DNA of 64,000 nt from an uncultured Acidobacteriota bacterium (GTDB taxonomy: Bacteria > Acidobacteriota > Vicinamibacteria > Vicinamibacterales > UBA2999). The stretch covers positions 11,520 to 75,519 of the forward strand of contig CAVQMT010000047.1 of assembly GCA_963713655.1 (NCBI GenBank), read 5' to 3'. The position numbers and the translations under genes were made by a program. The notes below the pieces were generated by a model. That model worked only from the letters and a program-made list of their open reading frames with translations, was not told where the DNA came from and did not search any database. Within the stretch, counting starts at the first letter, position 1. Every line of letters starts with the position of its first letter. Below, piece after piece: positions 11,098-26,808 of the stretch.

Positions 11098-14050
11098 TGC
11101 CAGCGCGGCTCCGCCTCGGCCGCGCGGCCCGTGGCGTGGCTTGGGCGGCGGCAGCCTGGCTGTGGCCGGCTAGCGCTTCTCGCGCAGGACGGCCCGGCTC
11201 CGACCATCGCCCAGGTGGTGGTCGAGCGCGAGGGCCGCGTCGTCACCGACCCGTTCATCCTGAACCTGCTCGAGACGACGCCCGGCAAGCCGCTGTCGAT
11301 GCGCGACGTGCGCGAGACCGTGGCGCACCTGATCGGGCTGGATGCGTTCGAGGACGTCCGCGTCGTGCAGGAGACCACGGCGCTCGGGCGGCGTGCTGGT
11401 GCGCTACGTGCTGGTGCCCGCGCACCCGATCGACCGCGTGACGTTCGAGGGGGCGCTCGGCGTGGACGAGGGCGACCTCCGGCGGCTGGTCGTGGACCAG
11501 CTGGGTCCGAGCCCGCGCGCCGCGCAGGCCAGCAGCGCCACCGACACGTTGAAGCGGGCATTTCGCGATCGCGGTTATCCGCAGGCCGAGGTGACGGCGC
11601 GCATCCAGGAGACCCACGACCCGGACCGCGCGACGCTGATCTTCACGGTCAAGGCGGGCCCGCGCGCGGTCATCCAGGATCTCCGCATCACCCATGCCGA
11701 CGGCGGCGACGGGGCGGCCTTGGTCGAAACTCCGGATCTGCGCCGCGGCACGCCCTACGACCGGGCCACCGTGGAGCGCGAGCTGCAGAGCTGGACCGAT
11801 CGCCTGCGCGCCCGCGGCTACTACGAGGCGCGCGCGAGCCACGGCGTGCTGTTCCTGCCCGACGGCGCCGTGGTCAGCGTCACGTTGACGCAGGGTCCGC
11901 TCATCCGCGTGGCATTCGGCGGCGACCCGCTCGACGAGGACGATCGCGAACGGCTGGTGCCGATTCGCGCCGAGGCGTCGGCCGACGAGGATCTGCTCGA
12001 AGACTCGGCGCGGGCGATCGAGGCGTTCCTCAAGCGCCAGGGCCGGCGCGACGCGCGCGTGGACTACGACCGCGTGCCGGGAGACAACGACGTCGTCATC
12101 ACCTTCACCATCGATCGCGGTCCACGCTACCAGGTCGGCGGCGGTGCGCGTGGCCGGGAACCCCTCGGTGCCGACCACAGAGATTCGCCAGCTGCTGCGG
12201 GTGTCCGATGGCGACCCCTTCTCCGAGGAGGCGTTCGGCGCTCGGGGTGGCGAACGTGCGCGGCGCCTATCGGCTCCGCGGCTTCGCCGACGTCGCCGTG
12301 ACGGCCCGCCAGAATGTCATCGTGCCGGAGCGCGCCGCCGACGACGAGCGCCGGGTCGACCTGGTGCTGGAGATCGTGGAGGGTCCGCGCACCGTCGTCG
12401 GCGGCGTGTCGTTCGAGGGCCACACGGTGATGACCGAGGAGGCGCTCCGTGCGGGTGGCGGCTCTCGCGCCGGGCCGGCCGTTCTCGGAGATCGACGTCA
12501 TCGCGGCCGGGACCGCATCGAGCTGGAGTATCGCAACCGTGGCTACGACCAGATCCTCGTCCGATCCGAGCGTGGCGCTGGCCGAGAACGACACCGCTGG
12601 CCGACGTCCGCTACACGGTGGCCGAGGGGCCGCAGGTGATCGTGGACCGCGTGCTGATCGTCGGCGCGGTGCGGACCAACCCGGAGACGATTCGCCGCGA
12701 GCTGCTGCTGCGTCCGGGCCAGCCGCTCGGCTATGCCGACTCGGTGGAGAGCCGGGCGCGCCTGGCCGCGCTCGGCCTGTTTCGCCGGGTCGACGATCGA
12801 GGAAGTGGCCCACGGCGCCGAGCCGCGGCGCGACGTGCTGGTCCGGGTCGAGGAGTCGCCGGCGACGACCGTCGGCGGCGGTGGCGGCGTCGAGGGTTCG
12901 ACCCGCCTGCGTACCGACGAGGACGGCGCCGCGCGAGGAACGCTTCGAGTTCGTGCCGCGTGGCTTCTTCGAGGTCGGCCGGCGGAACCTGTGGGGCAAG
13001 AACCGTGCGGTCAACCTCTTCACCCGCGTCAGCATCCGCTACCGCGACGTCGGACTGAACCAGGACGGCACCCCGGCACCGGAGAGCACCGCCACCGGCT
13101 ACGGCTTCAACGAGTATCGCGTCGTGGGCACCTTCCGCGAGCCGCGGGTGCTCGGCTCCAGGGCCGACGTGCTGGTCACCGGCATCCTGGAACAGGCGAT
13201 CCGATCCAGCTTCAACTTCGCCCGGCGCGAGCTGCGCGCCGAGGCCGGGCTGCGGCTCACGCCGGTCTACAGCTTGTCGGGCCGCTACTCGTTCGAACGG
13301 AACGAGATCTTCGACGAACGGTTTACGACCAGCGAAGACCAGGCCCTCATCGACCGCTTGTTCCCGCAGGTCCGGCTCTCGATCCTCTCGAGCTCGTTCC
13401 TGCGCGACACGCGCGACGACCTGGTCGATGCGGCGCGCGGCACGCTGATCACGACCGACGGCCGATCTGGCGATGCGGGCCATCGGCTCGGAGGTCGGCT
13501 TCATCAAGACCTACTTCGAAGTCTTCTCGTTCAAGCAGCTGCCGGCGACGCGGCGCACCGTGCTGGCCCTCGGCGCGCGTCTGGGCCTGGCCAACGGATT
13601 CCCGCGGTTCGCCACCGGCGAAGCCGACGATGGGACGCCGATCGTGGCCCGGGTGGACGACATCCCGGTGAGCAAGCGATTCTTCGCCGGCGGCGATACC
13701 ACCGTGCGCGGCTTTTCGCTGGACCGGCTGGGCGACGAGACCACCATCAGCCCGGAGGGGTTTCCCGACCGGCGGCAACGGCGTCGTGGTCCTCAACAGC
13801 GAGATGCGGGTCGGCGTGGTCGGGCCGCTGCAGGCGCGTCGGGTTCGTGGACGCCGGCAACGTCGTGGCCCGGGCATCGACGCTGCGCCTGAACGAGCTG
13901 CGAACCACCGCGGGCTTCGGCGTCCGCTACCGGTCGCCGGTCGGGCCGATCCGCCTCGATCTGGGCTTCAAGCTCGATCGCCGCGAGCTCTCGCCGGGAC
14001 GCCTCGAGCGCCGCAGCGTGTGGCACATTTCCATGGGCCAGGCGTTCTGA
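11097..14050 (+). CDS. BamA/TamA (Omp85) outer membrane protein with POTRA domains (multiple frameshifts)
   Basis: Repeated POTRA segments; RFFAGGDTTVRGF loop; GVRYRSPVGPIRLDLG; ends GQAF. Confidence 0.92.
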
Positions 14051-14060
14051 GGACTCCGCC

Positions 14061-14556
14061 GTGAACCCGATGGCGATCGGTCGCGGGACCTGGCTGGCCG
14101 CTCTGGTCGTGGCGCGCCGCGGCCGGCCTGGGTGCCCAGCAGCTCCTCGATCGCGTGGTCGCGCGTGTGAACGGCTCGCCGGTGTTCCTGTCCGACGTGC
14201 GGGCCGCGGTCGGGTTCGGACTGATCGACCCGGGGACCGACAGCGCCCAGACGGAGCAGATGGTGCGGCGCCGGGTGCTGCTGGGCGAGGTGAGCCGGTT
14301 TCCCCCGCCCGATCCCAGCGCCGCAGACATCGACGCGGAAGTCATGCGGATGAAGGGGCGCGTCAGGGATGCCGCGGCGTTCCAGCGTGAGCAGGGGTTG
14401 AGCGATCAGGAGGTGCAGAGCCTGGCGCGCGACTCGCTGCGGATCGAGGCGTACTTGGCGCAGCGGTTCGGCGCCGCCCGGCCCAAGGACGCCGTGGAGC
14501 AGTGGATGAAGGAGCTGGAAGGACGCGCAGACGTGGTGTATCCGGGCGTCCCTTAG
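14061..14556 (+). CDS. Exported protein, SurA N-terminal-like (frameshifted)
   Basis: 'QLLDRVVARVNGSPVFLSDV' and C-terminal 'WMKELEGRADV'. Confidence 0.6.
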
Positions 14557-14590
14557 GCTCGCCGGCTTCCGGCTCCGACTGAAGCCGCCC

Positions 14591-15366
14591 CTAGATCGTC
14601 CCGAACATCCGCACGATCTCCAGCGAGTTGAAGAGCGCGTGGCTGACGAGCGGCGTCACGATGCTGCGGCGCTTCACGTAGATCACGGCCCAGTACGCCC
14701 CCAGCACCCCGGTGGCGATCGCCGCGTCCCAGCCCTGAAGCAGGTGTCCCAGCCCGAACAGGGCGCTCAGCACCACCACGCCCATCCACGACCGGCCCGA
14801 CGTGGCGCTCGAAGCGGTCGACCAGGAACGCGCGCTGCAACTCCTCGCGGATGGCGCCGGCGACGACCGCAACGACGCCCAGGGTGGCCGCTTGCATCGG
14901 GCCCCTGCGCGCCAGCGCCTCCAGCGGGTTCACCGGCACGGTGTGCAGCTGCGGCGCCCACTGCTTGAATCGCCAGGAGCAGCAGGCCGACGCTCGCGAG
15001 AATCAGCGGTGTGAGCAGCACACCGCGGACGATTTCCGGCAGCAGCGGCCGCGTGCCCAGCCAGAGCTGCGCTCCGGTCTGGCCGCTCGCTTGCAGGAAC
15101 CACAGCATGAGCCCGACCAGCAGCGCCGTGTCGGCCAGGGAGACCACGGCCACGAACGGCAGCGAGATCTGGCCGTCGCTCGTCACCTCCGGCAGGCCGG
15201 CGGTGCGGAACAGGATGGCCAGGACGATCTGGGTCGGAAACCCTGAGCAAACCGCCATCTCTCCGATCGCCGCGAGCCGCCGCCGGGCAGGCGGCCGCGG
15301 CTCCACGGCCTCCAGGGGCCCGTGGTCCACCACGGAATCAGCGATATCGGAGGGCCCTGGCATCAT
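14591..15366 (-). CDS. CPBP (CAAX/Abi) intramembrane metalloprotease (frameshifted; start uncertain)
   Basis: EELQRAF, FGLGH, SHALFN motifs and multiple TM segments. Confidence 0.88.
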
Positions 15367-15436
15367 GCGTGTACCTGAACGGCTGGGCTGTCTGGATCTG
15401 CTGGACCGTGTAAAAACGACAGGCTAGGATTCGGTT

Positions 15437-16852
<1,416 letters not shown>

Positions 16853-16881
16853 CCCGCAGGCCGGCAGCTGCCCGAACGGCC

Positions 16882-18766
16882 ATGCGTCTAGGCATTCGCG
16901 CGAAGCAGATCGCCGGCGTCACGGCCATCGTGGGCCTGGCGGTGGTGGCGCTGAGCGCGTTCTACGTGACGCGCGTGTCGAGCGTGGTGCTGCGCGAGAG
17001 CCACGCCCGCGGCCAGCTGCTGGCGAGCGCCATCTTCCACCGCGCGCGGCAGGTGGTCATCGGCAGCGTGGAGCCCTATGCCGCGCTGCGCGACGACCCC
17101 GGCCTGCGCTCCATCCTCGAGGCCAGCATCTTCGGCGAGAGCGTCACCGGCGCGTCGATTCTCGACACGCGCGGGCGTGGTCGTCGCCAGCAGCGATCCC
17201 GCCCTGGTCGGCAGCGGTCTCGAGCCGCGCGCCGACCTGGCGCAGCTGTTGGCGCGCCAACGCGCTGTCGCAGCTGGGCGTGATCTACTCCGGCGACGGC
17301 CGGACGCTCGAAGTGCGGCAGCCGATGATGCTCGGCGACGAGGCCGTTCGGCTCGATCCGCGTCGGCGTGTCGACGGTGCTGATGCGGCAGGAGCTGAAC
17401 GCGTCGCTGGGCCCGGCGCTGCTGACCGCGGCCGGGGCGCTGATCGTCGCGGTGGTGGTGGCGGGCATCCTGGCGCAGCTGCTGCTGCGGCCGATTCACG
17501 TCATCCGCAGCGGGTTGACGCGGCTGGGGCAGGGCGAGTTCGGCGTCACCCTCGACCTGCCGCCCGGCGACGAGTTCGGCGAGCTGGGCACCTTCTTCAA
17601 CCGCGTCAGCCAGCAGCTGTCCGCCGATCGCACGCAGCTCGCAGGACCAGAACGCCAACCTGCAGTCGGCCGTCGAGCACCTGGAGGACGCGGTGGCGAT
17701 GTTCAACCCGTCGGGCGCGCTGCTGTACGGCAACCCGGCGATGGAGGCGCTGCTGCCGGCCAACGCCGTCGGCCAGACGATCTCATCGGCGGTGCCGACC
17801 GGCCATTCGTTCCGCACGCTCGTCGAAGAGACCATCGCCACGCGCGCGTCGCGCGGGCCGGTCCAGGCCAGCCTGGACGGCGAGACCGAACTGCTGCTGA
17901 TGACGCAGGCGGTGACCGGCACCGACGGCGCGCTGGTGGGCGTGCTGCTGGTGGCGCGCAACGTCACCACGATGTCGCGCGTGCAGTCGATGATCGCCTA
18001 CTCGCGCAAGCTGGTCGCGCTGGGCCGGCTGACGGCGGGCATCGCCCACGAGGTGAAGAACCCGCTGAACGCGATGATGATCCACCTGGAGCTGCTGCGG
18101 ACCAAGCTGCGCAACGCCGCCGCGTGGGCGGCCGCGCCGCAGCCTCAGGCCGTCGCGGCGGGCGGGCTCGGGCCTCTCGACCGCGGCGCCGGAGATGCCC
18201 GCCGGCGGCCAAGGGCGCGCTCGAGCACGTGGAGATCATCGAGGGCGAGGTGCGCCGGCTCGACGGCGTGGTGCAGGGCTTCCTGAAGTTCACGCGGCCG
18301 GAGGATCTGCGGTTGCAGCCGGTGCAGGCTCTCGGGCCTGTTCGAGGGCATCCTGCCGGTGGTCGAGCCCGAGGCGAAGAAGAACAGCGTGCGGGTGGTG
18401 CTGGACTGTCCGGCGTCGCTGCCGCCGGTGAACGGCGACGCCGGCATGCTGCGCCAGGCGTTCCTGAACCTGGCGATCAACGCCTGCCAGGCGATGCCCC
18501 ACGGCGGCGTGCTGCGCATCTCCTGCGCGCCGGCCTCGCGCCAGCGGGTGCAGGTGCGGGTCGAGGACACGGGCGTCGGCATCAGGCCGGAGCACCTGGA
18601 CAAAATCTTTGACCTCTACTTCACAACGAAGGATCATGGGACCGGTATCGGGCTGTCGATGGTCTACCGCATCGTGCAGCTGCACGACGGCGAAATCGAG
18701 GTGGAATCCACGCCCGGTCGAGGCACGACGTTTCGGGTCCTGCTGCAGCAGGCGCACGAGGCGTGA
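16882..18766 (+). CDS. HAMP-domain sensor histidine kinase (frameshifted)
   Basis: Two TM segments, HAMP, H-box IAHEVKNPLN, NLAINACQAM, DTGVGI, GTGIGL. Confidence 0.93.
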
Positions 18767-18776
18767 GGTACCTGCC

Positions 18777-19370
18777 ATGACGACATTCAGCGCGGCGCGG
18801 GCGGCACGGCTCCTGGCGGGCCTGGCTCTTGTGGCAGCCAGCGCGCAGCTGGCCGCGTGCGCCAAGGCCAGGGCGCAAACCGTAGCCGACGGGCCTCCGC
18901 TGGCGATGACCGCGCCGCCGCCACGCGTGCTGGCTCCGGTGGAGCAGCCGCTCGAGGCCGCCCCGGCCGTGCCGGAAGTGCCGGCCGCGCCCGCGCCGCG
19001 GGCACCGGCTCCGCCGCCGCCGCGTCGGGCGGCCGCCGCCAATCCGCCGGCTGAAGCCGAAACCCGGCCGGAACCCGAGCCGGTCACCCTCTCCCCGGCG
19101 CCGCCGCTCGACCCGGGCCGGGAGCTGCGGGCGGCGCCCTCGACCGCCGATGCGGCGGCCGAGCGCCAGGTGCGCGATCTGCTGATGCGGGCGGCGCGCT
19201 CGCTGGGCCGGGTGGACTACCGCCGGCTGAGCTCCGAGGGCCGGTCCCAGTACGAGCAGTCCAAGCGGTTCTCCGACCAGGCCGAAGACGCCCTGCGCGA
19301 CCGCAACTTCCCCTTCGCGGCGACCCTGGCGGACAAGGCCTTTACCCTGGCCGCCCAGCTCGGCGGTTGA
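18777..19370 (+). CDS. Proline-rich putative lipoprotein
   Basis: Signal with lipobox LAAC, Pro/Ala linker, helical C-terminal domain. Confidence 0.7.
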   Translation: MTTFSAARAARLLAGLALVAASAQLAACAKARAQTVADGPPLAMTAPPPRVLAPVEQPLEAAPAVPEVPAAPAPRAPAPPPPRRAAAANPPAEAETRPEPEPVTLSPAPPLDPGRELRAAPSTADAAAERQVRDLLMRAARSLGRVDYRRLSSEGRSQYEQSKRFSDQAEDALRDRNFPFAATLADKAFTLAAQLGG

Positions 19371-19448
19371 GCCGAGTCCGGCGTGCCGGATCGCGCAATC
19401 GTGCGAAAATTGGGCTAGCGCCATAAACGTCATTGAACTGCAATCTGG

Positions 19449-19496
19449 CGTCAAGATATTGCGAGTGACCTAGAAGTCCTGCCCAATATCTAGTGG
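19449..19496. promoter_or_regulatory. Tandem NrdR boxes
   Basis: cgtCAAGATATTGcga (19449-19464) and gccCAATATCTAGtgg (19481-19496) match acaCwAtATaTwGtgt, are 32 bp apart and lie upstream of nrdJ. Confidence 0.88.
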
Positions 19497-19505
19497 TTTT
19501 GACCC

Positions 19506-19534
19506 TTGACAAAGCCTGGGACAGGGCTCACCAT
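19506..19534 (+). promoter_or_regulatory. Putative sigma70 promoter of nrdJ
   Basis: Perfect TTGACA (19506-19511), 17-bp spacer, weak -10 CACCAT. Confidence 0.5.
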
Positions 19535-19678
19535 CACTCCCCTGCGCCTCGGGAGTCTGCAGTGCCGGAGCTCCCAGCATCCGGTTTCCGAACACGGTGG
19601 GATTGTCCACGGCGCGGTCGGTTTCGGACTTGATGCGGGTTGAGGGTACCCGCGTCCCCGTCGGTCGGAGGAAAGAGA

Positions 19679-22572
<2,894 letters not shown>

Positions 22573-22739
22573 GTCCTAATCCGGATGCCGGGGTCGGCGC
22601 TAGGGCGGGGGGAGGGGGGAGCGCGTGGGGGGGGGCGCCAAAACGCGCGGGTGAGGGACGCGAGGCGGGAGCGCGCGCGCGCGCGGGCGCGCGGAGGGCG
22701 GGGGGAGGGGGGCACGGGGGGGCCGCGGGGCGCGCGGGA

Positions 22740-23120
22740 GGGTTGTCGACGCGGATGACGGGGCAGACCTGACCGGCGGGCGACGGCGACGGGCGGGGCG
22801 GAGCCGTGCGGGGCGGGAGACCGGCGCCCGGTGGGTGCGCGACGGCCGTGCCCGCCGCGGCCCGGCGGCCGCCGCCACACCTGCGGGCACGGCGCGCGGT
22901 GGCGGCGGCCGTGCGCGGCGCCGGCGCCCGTCGATTCCTGCCGCCTACTCGCCGGACTTCAGTCCCATCGAACCGGCGTGGGGCCTGACCAAGAAAGCGA
23001 TCGCGCACACGCGCCCCGCACGAGCCGCGTGCGACGCGTAGCTCAGCGCGCCCGACACGTCGTTCGTCCGGCGCTTGCCACGCCTGGTTCGTGCACGCCG
23101 GTTATCGCCAACTCAAGTGA
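22740..23120 (+). mobile_element. IS630-family transposase C-terminal remnant
   Basis: 'FLP.YSPDFSPIEPAWGLTKKAI' (DDE_3 LPPYSPDLNPIE motif) and 'AWFVHAGYRQLK*' over broken frames; 5' part lost in G-rich sequence. Confidence 0.78.
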
Positions 23121-23136
23121 TCTCCGGGCTCGTAAC

Positions 23137-23164
23137 AGGCTCCGGGCTACAGGCCACGGGCCGC
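23137..23164. repeat. Heptamer array (RGGCYNC)x4, reverse orientation of the GGAGCCY family
   Basis: AGGCTCC GGGCTAC AGGCCAC GGGCCGC. Confidence 0.7.
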
Positions 23165-23217
23165 GAGCGGTAACACGGAGGAGTCGCCGGTCTAGCTACA
23201 GCCGGCAGTCGACAGGA

Positions 23218-23245
23218 CCGGGCTTCATCTCGCGATGAAGCCCGG
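23218..23245. repeat. Perfect 12-bp hairpin
   Basis: CCGGGCTTCATC-TCGC-GATGAAGCCCGG. Confidence 0.8.
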
Positions 23246-23459
23246 GCCTCAACCGACCAAGCGACACAGCGGCACCTACGCGGAGCCGCGTTATCCGGGG
23301 CATATGACCAGACCCCCGGGAGCGCATCTGATGAAGCCGGCATTTTCTCAGCTCATCTCCTGCGCAGCTTGACGACATGCCCGTGAGCGCGCATGCTGCG
23401 CGTTTGCGCTTTGCGTTGGGTCGCCGCTGCGGGCAGAGTGGCGACCGAAGGAGATGAGC

Positions 23460-23742
23460 ATGAGCTCTCATCGTCCGTCTTAATGCGTCTGAAATCGCCG
23501 AACTCGATCGCCAAGCCCCGAACACAAAAGCCAACGGCGGCTGGCAGAACCTTTTGGTGACACTGCAGAGCCTGGTCGATCGACAGACTGGTCGTCTCGT
23601 TCTCACTTCGACTCTGCTCGAACGGATCCGCAGGTACGCCTTCAACTATCGAAAGGGCGGCTGGCAGGCGCGTCTGCAGAGGATCTTCGGACGGACCTTG
23701 GGGCCGACTCTCGATGGACGTCAGGCTAAACGCGCCGCCTGA
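23460..23742 (+). CDS. Small hypothetical protein (~93 aa) with duplicated GGWQ motif (one apparent indel at start)
   Basis: SD GAAGGAG; frame reads ALIVRLNASEIAELDRQAPNTKANGGWQNLL..YRKGGWQARLQRIFGRTLG. Confidence 0.7.
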
Positions 23743-23828
23743 GACGCACCATCCGCGAGGCATTGAGCTCGGCTCAGGGCCTCGGTCCGACCTGAGGCCA
23801 GAGCGCCGAAAGCCCAAGAGCCAGGCCC

Positions 23829-23856
23829 GAAGCCCGGAGCCCGGAGCCTGGAGCCC
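23829..23856. repeat. Heptamer array (GGAGCCY)x4
   Basis: GAAGCCC GGAGCCC GGAGCCT GGAGCCC. Confidence 0.9.
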
Positions 23857-23938
23857 GGAAGTGATGCATCATGGTGCCCATGCGCGCAATCGCTTGACCG
23901 GCACCGCTGCTAAAGCTGCCTAACCTCTCCAGGTTCAC

Positions 23939-26339
23939 TTGCGCGATTCGACGGCTCAGCGTGGCGCTTGCGACAGCGTTCCTATCCCTCCCGATTGCCA
24001 CGGCCGCCATCGAACGGGGCAGCGTCGGCCAGGCTGTGCCTCCCTCCAGTCTCAGCGCACCACCGAATCGGGTCGTGTGATTGCGACCGTCACCGTGCTC
24101 GAGGGCACGGTTCGCATGAGCGGCGTGAACGTGGCATTGCGCGCAGTGGACGGCAACCTGGTCCTCGCACAGACGATGAGCGACGGCGCCGGCCAGGTGA
24201 TGATCCCCGACGTGCGGCCGGGTCGCTACATCGTGGAAGCGACGCGGCCGGGGTTCCAGCCAACCACATCCGCGCCCTTCCAGGTGCAGGGCGGCGAAAC
24301 CACGCAGGTGCTGGTGGACCTGCAGTTGACATTCGTCGCCCCGAGCGTTGAGGTGCGGGCGCCCACGTCGCCAACGCAAAGCGTGCAGCCGGTCTCGGCC
24401 AGCGACATGATGTCCGGCTCGGTCCTCGACATCGCGCCACTGCAGGGCGACGACTTCCAGAGTCTGCTGCCGCTGCTTCCCGGCATCCTCCGCGGTCCTG
24501 ACGGCCGGCTGCGTGCCAAGGGCGGCCAGCCGACCCAGGGAGCGCTCCAGATCAGCAGCACGAGCTTGATCGATCCCTCCACGGGTGACTTCGATCTCGA
24601 ACTACCCGGCCAGAGTCTCGAATCGGTCGAGCTGCTCGCCAATCCCTTCTCGGCGGAGTTCGGCCGATTTTCGACCAGTATCGTGCAGATTCGCACCCGG
24701 CGTGGAACCAACGAGTGGGAAATCAAGCCCGGCAACCTCGTTCCGCGGTTCGGCAAGGGCTTCGGCATCCGCGGGTTCGAGCCACGGTTCTCGGTGCGTG
24801 GGCCGTTGAAGCGTGACCGCCTGTTTCTCTCGCAGGACGTGCAGTTCCGCTACGTCAACGATCCGGTGAGGAGCCTGCCCGACGAGCCGAACATCGGGCT
24901 CAAGAGCTTTGATTCCTTCACCCGCATCGACGGCGTCGTTTCGCCGCGACATACGCTTGGTGGGATGGCCGTGATCTTCCCGCGCGGATCGAGCATCTGA
25001 CGATGAACATGTTCCGGCCGCCGGACGTCACGCCCGAGTTCAACCAGAGGGTGTGTCGCTCGGCATTCAAGATCGGTTCGCGATTTCGCAGACGATGGTG
25101 CTCGAAAGCACGCTGGCTGGCCGTGGTTCGAGGTGGACGTGAACACCGAGGGCCGGCAGCCGATGATCTACACGCCGGAGACGCAGCAGGGCAGCTTCTT
25201 CAACGACCAGGACCGCGACGTCGGCAGCTTGCAATGGGTCGAAGCGCTGACGCTCTCGCTCGACAAGTGGCGCGGCTCGCACCTGTTCAAGTTTGGATTC
25301 GACTTTCAGCACTCGAACTACGACGGCACGATAACCAGCTGGCCGGTCGAGATCCGCCGCCTCGACGGCTCACTGGCCGAGCGGCGTCCCGGGTGCGCCC
25401 ACCTCACAGAATGTGACGGCCGCTGAGCTGGCGGTGTTCGCCAGGATCGCTGGCGCTCGCGCGGCTCATTTGGAGCTTGGGCTGCGCATGGATTGCGAGG
25501 ATGTGATGAGCAGTGAACTGGTCGCCACGCGTCGTCGTGTCGGTGGTGTGCTGCCGGAGGGACGCGCCATCCTTCGCGGAGGCGTCGGTCGCTTTCGCCA
25601 GCGGACGCCCCTCAATGTCGGCGCCTTCGACGATTCGAATCACGAGTGGTGACGCGGTTCGGACCTGGCGGCGAACAGCTCGGCCCACCTGTGAGGCTGG
25701 TGAACGTTGCGGCACCAGACCTGCGAACGCCTTCCGCGATCACCGGGAACGTCGAGTGGAACCAGCGTTTCGGCCGGCGCGTGTTGTTCAAGGCAATTAC
25801 TGACGCAAGGATCAACGACACTCCGAACGACCCGGCCCGGCGAGTGCGCTTGATCAGCACGGGCGCTCGCGATACTGGGACTGGAGACCACGGTCGATAT
25901 CTGCGGTGAGCGCCGCGACTCACCGTTCTAGTGCTTCGCACGCACCGCCGATCGAACAACTACATCAGTTCTACGGGAATCGCAACCCGATCGTGCGGCC
26001 ACCGAGCCAATCTGATTCCACCGACGTGCCGCACGTGTGATCTCGCGGCACATCGGCTGCCGGGCGGTGGGACTTCGCCCGTGATCGAGGTCGCTCGGGC
26101 TTCCGTGGTCGGCCGTCACGAATCCAGGACTTCGCCGACCGCGGAACCAGCCGGCGCTTCCGACTGCGCCTCGATTCGCGCCGCGTCCTGGCCTTCTGGA
26201 GATACCGCTTCCGCGGCGGCATCAGGTCTACAACCTCTTGGGCGCACCGCCAGCGCGACGTCCAGAGCAACTGACTCGCGAACTCGGCCTTCTTCAATCC
26301 GCTCGAGCGCTCGATTGGTTCTGTTCGGTCAGTCAGTGA
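23939..26339 (+). CDS. TonB-dependent receptor with carboxypeptidase regulatory-like N-domain (3' half heavily disrupted)
   Basis: 'PGRYIVEATRPGF', plug 'LLPLLPG..NPFSAEFGRF..IRTRRGTN', barrel strands; C-terminal 'FFNPLERSIG'. Confidence 0.8.
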
Positions 26340-26411
26340 CGGCGCCGCTCTGGGCCGCTGGAGACCGTAGCCCGGTAGCTGTAGCCGGTAGCGTGCCCGA
26401 AGTGATGCATT

Positions 26412-26798
26412 ATGTTGCGCTATGCGAGCGTTGCTCTCGGCCTCGGCCTGCTGCTCCTCCAAGCTCCCGCGTGGGGCCATCACTCCATCTCGGCCGTCTT
26501 CGACGAAAGCAAGTCCATCAACATCACCGGGACGCTCACCAAGGTCGAGTGGATCAACCCGCACATCGCGATCATGGTGGACGCGCCCGCGGCGAGCGGC
26601 GTGGACACCTGGCGCTTTCAGAGCAGCCCGCCCGCCTGGTGGAAGGGCGTCGGTGTGAATCGCGCCGACTTCGCCAAGGCCATGGGACAGACGGTGACCG
26701 TCGGTGCCTTCGCGGCCCAGGACGGGTCGCGCTACGGCTACCTGCGGAAGATCACGTTCGCCAACGGCGATTCGCTGGAATCGACCAGCCTGCGTTGA
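26412..26798 (+). CDS. DUF6152 family exported protein
   Basis: Signal then HHSISAVFD..GTLTKVEWINPH. Confidence 0.85.
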   Translation: MLRYASVALGLGLLLLQAPAWGHHSISAVFDESKSINITGTLTKVEWINPHIAIMVDAPAASGVDTWRFQSSPPAWWKGVGVNRADFAKAMGQTVTVGAFAAQDGSRYGYLRKITFANGDSLESTSLR

Positions 26799-26808
26799 GG
26801 AGGAAGCG

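Noticed and set aside
19540-19670. Cobalamin riboswitch upstream of nrdJ
   Set aside because: The conserved B12-box and GCaACTGT elements are not recognisable; it is kept only as a generic structured leader.
22585-22930. Extremely G-rich tract as a G-quadruplex or special element
   Set aside because: It runs straight into the IS630 remnant and looks like low-quality base calling of its 5' part; it cannot be trusted without reads.
25380-26339. TonB-dependent receptor 3' half as a true pseudogene or hypervariable (DGR-like) region
   Set aside because: Damage is dominated by deletions, no template repeat or reverse transcriptase is present, and low coverage explains it equally well.
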